Shown one piece after another: positions 46,401 to 64,000 of a stretch of DNA of 64,000 nt. Under the pieces are notes generated by a model. It searched no databases. It worked only from the letters and a program-made list of their open reading frames with translations, and was not told the DNA's origin. The position numbers and the translations under genes were made by a program. Positions within the stretch are counted from its first letter, which is position 1. Each line of letters starts with the position of its first letter. The stretch is from Thalia democratica (Eukaryota), in contig OZ241829.1 of the NCBI GenBank assembly GCA_965202585.1, forward strand, positions 33,914,001 to 33,978,000, read 5' to 3'.

Positions 46401-49400
46401 ATTTTCATATAATATAAAAAAACCTATTTATTAGTAAAAAACTATATTCTAATGTAGCTGATACATTTAACCGATGCGTTAGGTAAATTAGCTTTGGGTT
46501 CATTTTAGTAAGAAACTAGATAAGCTTTTATAAAGCTTCCTCACCTTTCTCTTTTTCCTTTTTGTTTTTCATTATCCTTATTAAAAGTTTCTGAAAAATA
46601 AATATTATATGGGATCAAGTTACTTACAAAAACTCTTTTTATAAGTAGATTGCACAAAAATGTGAAACAGTGTATAGTTTAACAGCTTTTAACTTGTTGT
46701 TAATCGGATTAAAATCAACATGTATGATTATTTTTAACTGTTTTAAATTACTGAAACTAATTTTATATTCGTCTAGAGTTTTATTAAAAGTTTAAAAAAT
46801 AAGACTCGTAACCTTTAAAAGTATTCATTCTCCGACATTTATCTTCATTTATGTAATTCTCATACCCTCTTTCTTGTTTAATGTTGAGTTTGTGCACATG
46901 TTTCGATTCACAGCTGATTATGTTTAGTTTTTATTTCCTAGTTGTGTAGTCATTTAAATTAAATCTTAATAAGAAATAAACGTACTCGTTTTCAAGCTTG
47001 AACACAAACTGATTTTCACTTGATGAGCGAGTTTTTCGATTCTTGACCGTAGGGCGATTAGTTCTATTAGCTGCTGCAGAAATAGCCTTTCTTTGAGGAC
47101 TAACTGTCTTTAAGTTGAATATAAAACAAAGTTTAAACAGTATTTTTATAAGTGTGCAAATGAAAATGAGCTAACTTTAGTTATATTTATAATAAGGATG
47201 TGTAAATATTACTAAGATATTGTTGTGAGTTTTAAAACTTTTTATTGTTTATTTATTTAAACGTTTTACTGTTTCAAGTGTTTTCTTATTTTTTCAGATT
47301 AAAAAACTTAAAAAAACATTATCAAATTTTAAACTAAAAAAAAACATTTATTTTTTAAGCAAACACAAAATAAATATTTCATTAAAAAGTATTTTAAGCG
47401 GTGTTTGTTTTAAATGTTATATAATACTTACCTCAAAATATACTTTGTTTTTTATTTCATTTGTATTTCCTTTTAATTTCAGTTTATTTTCTTCTTTTTT
47501 ACACTTTTTATTGCTCAAGTGTGCACTTAAAAATATTTTTTAGATAAGTTTGAGGAAAATTAATTAATACATATTAAAATTAAGTTGGTAAGATTACTTT
47601 AAGTTCAAACATGTTTTTCTTTGCAATAAATTGTGCTAACTAATTAAGTTTAAACTCCGTATAACCGCCTCACTTATGATTTAAAATTAGAGCTAATATT
47701 TTACAGAAAGAGTTATTAAAAAGCGATCAAAAATATTGTTTTTAAGACCTGGTGTACAAAAAAACCTTTAAATAATAAATTAATGTTTTAATTACTTGTT
47801 ATAACAATACAAAACGTTCAACATAGAAGTAGTACAAGTTTGTATTGGATTTTTATTCTAGCTTTATGAACAAATCAAAAAGTTAGAACTAGACAAAAAC
47901 CGAGTTAAAAAATAAAACTGCTTTAAAACTTTGTAAAAGTTAGTTCATCAACCATTATATTTTACTACATCCAATTTTCTAAGTTTCATTTTGCATGTGT
48001 AACGTTTGGTCATTATAATAAACAGTAACAAATTTTCCTCAAAAGTTTATGATAAAATTAAGATTTTAAAAATGAAGGAAGCAATTTTTCTAACACACTT
48101 TATTTTTATTTTTTAATTACCAACCTCAATGAACCGCTGTGAGCGAAAGACCTGTGACAGTTTTGGCATTTGTACGGCTTGGCTCCGGTGTGAATGTTCA
48201 TGTGCTCCTTCAAATGGTGCTTTAACTTGAACGACTTTGGGCAAATTGAGCATTTGTACTTTCGAGTATCTACTGTAGTAATATTTTTTATAGATAGTAC
48301 CGACTAATTAATCTTTTAAAACCAACTAATATTTACACTTAAAACTATAAAGTCTATGATGTTGTACAGATTCTAAAGATCTAAATTGTTTACTTTTACT
48401 ACAAACTGACCATCTTTACATTGCAGTGGATGCGACGCAATGATGTGACTTTTAAGTCTGTTTGCGTTCGTAAATGACTTTTTGCAAAATGGACATTTCT
48501 GTATGTAAAAAGTTAATCATAAACTAACACATGTAAAACCTACTTATACTTTTTGCTTGCTATGTAAAACGAAACTATGCAAGACACGCAAATTAAAACC
48601 ATCCGTCGCAATTCAACAGCGTTTAAAATCACTAATTGAAACTAAATGCCAACAGATTACAAGCAATTTGATTAAAGGTGAAAATCTAAATTAAAACTTT
48701 GGCTTACCGGTGGTTTTAAAACAAAAGGGAATTAGATTAAACAACTGGTCAATAACTTGGCATAAATGAAAAATAATGATAGCGTATAATTTCAGCAGCT
48801 GTTACTGCGTTCAAACTTCCAATGCAAATTCTTAACTCAAATTGAAAAGGTTTGTACTTAATCTAAATTAAAGCGGTATTACAAGTTACAAACTAAAAGT
48901 CTGTATAAATAATCTTTTAATCTTAAGTAATCTCTGTTTAAAATACACTTGGCACAAGTAGATGCTTGTTTGAAACATGTTCCATATTCATTGGTTAATA
49001 ATTGGTTTGGTAGTATATAATTTCATTTCCTAGCATACTTATCAAAGTATTGTTAGCAGAAAAGTGTTTTATTTGTTGTTATTTACGTTGATAAGTTAAT
49101 AGTGTGAATACTTAAAAATATAGAAAAACACAGTAAAGTTTTTAATACAAAAATAAACGAACCTCTCGGAGATGAAACGTAAACACCTTCTGTTTTTTAC
49201 TCCAGCGAAAGTTTCCGAAGTAATACTCGGCAGACAGCATGACGCAAATAATTAAAATGATGCAAAAATAAAAATGTTACAATAAATCAATATATACAAG
49301 CAATAAAACAAGAGCTTATAAGATTTATTTCAAAAACTCAGTGCACAAAATTTGATAGATTCTTATGTATTTACTGAATCAAACAAAACAAAATCAATTC

Positions 49401-49691
49401 TATCAAACATATATAATAAAGTTAAAAAAAAAATGCTAGTTGAAATAAAACTTACAATCAAGCTCAATCCAATGGGATGATCAATTGAGCTAAGCTAATG
49501 ACTATCCGAAAACAGTTTGTAGAACAAAAACTAAAGCTGAAAGCTTTTGATTTTTTAAAACCAAGCACTTGACTAAGTTATCCTTTCTCAGAACACCAAG
49601 CTTTGAACCTTACTGAATGCTTTTCGCAGTACAAAAAAGTCTTCGGCGAGTTGAATGATGTGTGTAAAATTTTGTTAGATGCAGTTGACAT
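40426..49691 (-). CDS. ZEB: ZEB/Zfh1-like zinc-finger transcription factor with N- and C-terminal C2H2 clusters and a C-terminal PVDLS CtBP-type motif; first exon and some central exons uncertain
   Basis: N-cluster exons at about 48500-48414, 48270-48125 and 47515-47433 give KCPFCKKSF...[55 protein letters not shown]-cluster exons 41488-41339, 41165-41031, 40674-40591 give GMFKCSLC..., [48 protein letters not shown]. These match ZEB-family signatures. Last exon 40499-40426 encodes [23 protein letters not shown]. Confidence 0.88.
41530..41657. repeat. 128-nt palindrome occupying most of a 195-nt ZEB-like intron (41489-41683)
   Basis: GGGGTAGCTTGA / TCAAGCTACCCC ends; perfect 15-bp core ATTTACATATTTGCT-GACTT-AGCAAATATGTAAAT. 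Confidence 0.9.
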
Positions 49692-49804
49692 GTGACTTAT
49701 TTATTATGATTTGTATGACGATTTTTTATGTTGAACGCAAGCTTTTGAAATGAATACAACTAAATGCTTATAATGAGTGACTGCTACTGCTGCATGCTGT
49801 GTGT

Positions 49805-49845
49805 AATGAAAAGCGGTATTAAGCGTCGAGCTTGCTTTTATACGG
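49805..49845 (-). promoter_or_regulatory. Candidate core promoter of the ZEB-like gene (TATA box plus Inr-like)
   Basis: Minus-strand TATAAAAG followed about 35 nt later by TCATT, inside a CpG-containing GC-rich stretch (about 49700-50010), upstream of ATG 49691; spacing slightly long. Confidence 0.4.
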
Positions 49846-52800
49846 GAAGGAACAGCAGTTGTTAGATGGTCTCCGGGGACTCTCTTGTGCGCCGTCTCAC
49901 ATTGCCACCGCCGTCGCATCGATGGTCATTTCTAGCACATTCGCCTTCTCATTAAGCAAATTTAACGTGTATTTGACGCACAGCTGCGCAAAAGCTCGTC
50001 TGTGATGTTTTTTTTGAACCGGTTAGACAGATTTTTACTTTAGTAAAGATGGCTAAATAAAGTTTCAACTGTATAGTATTTTCTTATTCACATTAATGAA
50101 AGGTTTTTAAGGTACAATTAAAAATACAATGGTTTTTAAAACTGTTATTTGAAAATAAAAAGATTAACTTTGATTAAAGTTTTTACAAATATAAACATGT
50201 AATAACTTTTGTTACTGGTTTGTAAAGTCTAAAAAAATTATGTTGTGCTGTATAATTTTATACTATGTTTAAGTAAAAAACTGAAAAATAGATCGATTAA
50301 AAATTGAGTTAATTGAAAATCTAAGTATTATAACCTATTTCAATTTTTTCATAAGTACTTGAGTTTTTTAAGAAATATCAAAATTGGTAGATTTAAGCTG
50401 AAATTTTTATTATATTATTATCTTTCTAAACTTAAAGTAAACTCAAGTTTACCCAGAGATAAATGTCAAACACGTTCTAAAACATATTAGTATTTCTATT
50501 TTTATTTTTTTGTAAAATGTTTAAATTTTATAAAATAGAAATTTAAAAGTAGTGCTTGAGACTTTTTATGAAGACTAAAATTCTTTGTGATTTAGATTTT
50601 GATAGAAAATGACTAAAAATAAAACAACTATTAAGGTTTTACTATAGTTTAAAGAAATAACTTTTTTTGTAGCTAGTTTTTATTTTATTCATTCGGCAAT
50701 ACTAGTAATAATGAAAAAACTATAAAAAGCTTTTATTTTCTAGTAGCTTTTTTGTTTTATTTAAAACAATACACTTAATTAATTTAAGAGTGAAATGTTG
50801 ATATAAATAATAAACAAACACTATTTATGAACTATTAATTAGTTGAAGTAAATCAATTTTAGTATAGTTAAGTTAAATCTATTTTAATAAGAAAATTCTA
50901 CAAGGTAAATTAAAAAGTATTTAAACAACTAATTTATATAAAAGTTTATATGATAAACTTTTAGTTAATGTAATTTTTATAGATAATTTGTAAAATTGAA
51001 GCCCCTTAACTTGATTTGTAAATTGTAGTAGAAAAAAAAAATGGTTTGGGTTGTCTCTTTTTAATTACAAGAAGTAAGATGCGTGACTATAAGTTAAAAC
51101 TCAACATTTGTCAACGTTTAAAACTCAAAGTTTTTGATTTTAAAACCGTCTGGTTGTTACTTTGATGAATTGTTTAGATTTTAGTTGAGAATTTAGGCCA
51201 ACCTCTGTAAAAAAAAAAAAAATTGTATTAGTTCTTTATCAAAATATAACATTTTTTTACCTTTTCTGTTAATATAAAGTATTAAAACAAAAATCAACTA
51301 AAGTTATGTATATTAACAATGATAAGTTCTGTAAGTGTAATACAATTTTATTAAATGATTTTATATCTTATCTAGCAAAGTATTTTTTTCTTTTGCTGAT
51401 GATTTTTTAACAAAATATTTAAAAAAACGTTTATATCATTCTCTTAAACCTAAAATGCACAAGTCTTTAGTTTCAACACTGCTTAAGTTTTATTCACTAG
51501 TACTTGTATTTTAATCTAACAAAACAATCCTGGTTTGACAGTTTTTAATCTGGGAGCACTCTAGCGAGATGTGCTTAAAGTCTTGTGAGGGCGAGGTAAA
51601 TTAACGTTGCATTCATGCAATTGTTGTGCCATTGACACGGTCCCTCTTGCAGCTTTTGGCTTCTACTCTCATGTTTCGGGTCTGGCAGCCACGTCACGGC
51701 AACATGAGGTTACTGCATGGGCTACTTTAGTGTTCCCTGTACTTGTTGTGAGTTCGAATTTTGGAATCATGCTTTAAAGTTCTTCATTACTCCTGGAGTG
51801 GATTCGTAGACTACTTGGCTTGTAAGGTTTCTCCCAGCATGCTTCTTTACCTTTTTATGTTAGGATAGAATAGTAGACAAAGTAATTAAACCTAATAAAT
51901 AAAAATAAATTAGTTATAAAACAGCTTGTGTTTTAAGTGAAGTTAATTTATAAAGAAATCTAAAAGTACACTTTGATATAAATTAACATATTACAAATAA
52001 AACAAAAATTGCAAGTTAAAATAGTAAACTTAAATTATATTACAAAAACATTTTTTCAAAGCCGTCTTGTTTAAATAGCTTTAAAGAAATAAAGTTTAAA
52101 CAATTTTTTCATTCATACTTTAAAAGGTAATTTTAATGAAAGATAGTATGTAATTCTGCTTCAAGATCATGATTGAAATCTGCTACTAATTTAATTCTCT
52201 GCACTACTTGGATTACTTATGAGGTGTTCGGTTGTACTCGTTTAGACTTTGGCTTGTAATTAAATGATAATGCTTGTAGCTTTTTTGTTAAATTTTGTTA
52301 TTTTTGATGAACAAAAATGCTGTTTTATTCTAGAAATTTTTTATATCAAATCGTTCTGTAACCATGTTTATTCAGTTTAGAAATAGTACTTATATTAAAA
52401 CAGAGAACAGCAGATAGCAGCCCGCGGGTTGAATGCAGCTCTGAAAAAATAAATGTGATATTAATATTAGTTTTTTAAAAAGAATTAATAACTAGGCTAA
52501 TAAGTAATTGCTTTACTACTGGTTAGTTAGTGATGTTTTCATTTTGTTTATCAGAATAAAAAAACTGCGGTCCGCGGAATATTTTTTTGAATAGACTACG
52601 GCAAGCGAGCAACTTTTTCAATAAGTTGTAAACGGCTGCCGACCTATGTTCTACACAGATTGAATTTTAGAAAAATTTAATTGATGAGTTGAAAAACAGT
52701 TTTACTAATAGTTTTTCTGAACTCTTTAAAATGACTTGTGTTTGAAAATTAATACTCAAGTTATCACTTGTAACATTCAAATAAAAAATAGTCGCTAGTT

Positions 52801-54623
52801 AGAAAACTTCCAATCAAAAACTTTAAGGGCATTTATAAAAAATTATAGTTGAGTTATTATTAACTGACTTTTAGCGGAGTTTAAAACGATCCTACCAAAG
52901 AGTTTTTGTTTTTAGTTATGTTATGAGGTGTCTGGTTCATGATCATCATTATAAAATCAAATTTAGATCTAGAGCTATATATATTTTTAAACAGATTAAG
53001 AATACAAGTAAGTCAACAATTAAAAAAAAAAATATATATATCAATTTTATTTAAAAGTAGATGATAATTTAATATATACTTGAAGTATAGCGTAAAAGTA
53101 CTACTATGATTTATTTTAAAATTTTAATACAATAAAAGGTTTTCATATTTTTTTTAGTTATTCAGTGTAAAAGAATTTTACGCTAGATATCACATATACG
53201 CTTTTAATGTGTATAAGAAATCTTATAAAACTAAAATATTGCTCATATACTTTGAGAAACAATGCAATTTTGTAAAGAAACTTACAAAAAAAACCTTTTT
53301 ATTATTGTAAAAAAGAAAACTACCTAACTATACAACTAAATATTTTCATAAGATTTATCTTTTCAATGTAAATATGATAAGACGAACTTTACTAAGCGAC
53401 TTTTATTTTTAGAAAACTTAATTAAGAAATAAACACTAATATAATTATGATAACTTTTGTAATCTTCAAGTTTATTGTAAAAGGTTAAGATTTTAACTTT
53501 ACTATTGATACATAACGTTTTTTTAAAATTAAATACGTTTCAAAAAAAAAAATGTTGTACTAAAGAAATTAAAAAACAGGCACAATTAGTGTATTAACCA
53601 TTATTAACATAGCTTTGGCTACATAAATAGAGTTCATACATTATAGCTATATTAAGTTGAAAATTATAACACATATTTAGTAACTGATTTACAAAAACAC
53701 TTTATATAAAATGTTTATTAAAAAAATTAACAACATAAGCGACATAATCAATTATTTTTCAATCGGTAATTAAAGGCACAAAACTACTGAGAAGGCTTAA
53801 TTGTTAATAATTGCACATGATAAAGTATATTTCTAAAATAATTGTTCGAAGGTGGAATAAAAACAATAAAAAAAGTAACATCGTATTGCATCAAACTTAA
53901 CTACAAAAATATTGTTTCTCTTTAAAATTTGGTTTAAGATTTGTTAGTGGATGACTTTTTTTTTGAAAGTACACTTTTTACTCACGGTGAAATTGAGGTA
54001 TTCAAATCACTTAAACGAAATTTAGAAAAAAATAACAAATATATCAGAACAATTGTGAGGGATACAATCTGGTTTGTTAGCAACGTGAGATTGGGTCAAA
54101 ATTAAAAAAAAACACAGTAACATAGTAAAATGGAAAAACCACATTTCAATATCAATTTTAAAGATATAAAAAATTTTAAACCTTAGGTCCTACTTTTAAA
54201 CCTATAAACTTTTATAGGAAACGTTAAATGTTGTATTTCGTTATTTACAAAATTAAAAGTTTATAAATTAAGTTAAAACGTTATGAAAATAAAACTTGTA
54301 AAATGTAAAAACTCTCATCAATTTTTTATCTACTCATAAACTAATTACTTAAACATCGAAATTGGGATTTTGAGCTTGTTGTAAAAATAAATTTATTTCA
54401 CATGTTCATAACATGATGCAACTCTTTGTCTTAATAATAAAATAAATTTCAACTCTAGCAATGGGACCCAGTAAAGTAAATAAAAAAACTCTCAGGGTAC
54501 AAAAAACAAAACGGGCTGATTTTCAAACTAAACAAAACATCAAGTAAAAGGTCGCTAAACGTCTTCCAATCAGCTTCCACCTTTCCAATCTTCCTCGCTT
54601 TCCACACCAGTGTGACGTCACAA

Positions 54624-64000
<9,377 letters not shown>

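Noticed and set aside
48708-48830. Extra coding exon of the ZEB-like gene ending at a GTAAGC donor
   Set aside because: The frame compatible with the next exon contains a stop and no ATG; at most a non-coding exon.

Overview
AT-rich animal genomic DNA with GT-AG spliceosomal introns; a cnidarian/hydrozoan-like origin is an inference from gene content and repeats, not proven. Five multi-exon genes: TMEM67/meckelin (+, 26 exons, 5' end outside the window, stop 16311), a secreted short-collagen plus CASPR-type fibrinogen-like protein (+, 19624-22875), ubiquitin-RPS27A (-, 33152-26605), a ZEB/Zfh1-like two-cluster zinc-finger factor (-, about 49691-40426), and a class I PI3K catalytic subunit (-, >64000-54624). 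Introns and intergenic DNA carry many non-autonomous DNA transposons (hAT, TTAA-type, TA-type, palindromic MITEs), some nested. The most notable signal is six minimal type I hammerhead-ribozyme motifs at five loci. One sits in a 330-nt-period retrozyme-like insertion with target-site duplication, and a pair sits in a 168-bp near-perfect inverted repeat. Every locus offers a copy on the strand of the host or adjacent gene. Also notable: a pyrimidine-dominated +3 splice-donor position, exon-by-exon GC3 mosaicism, and unexplained structured GC-rich noncoding islands. All analysis was by eye; no searches or folding programs were run.
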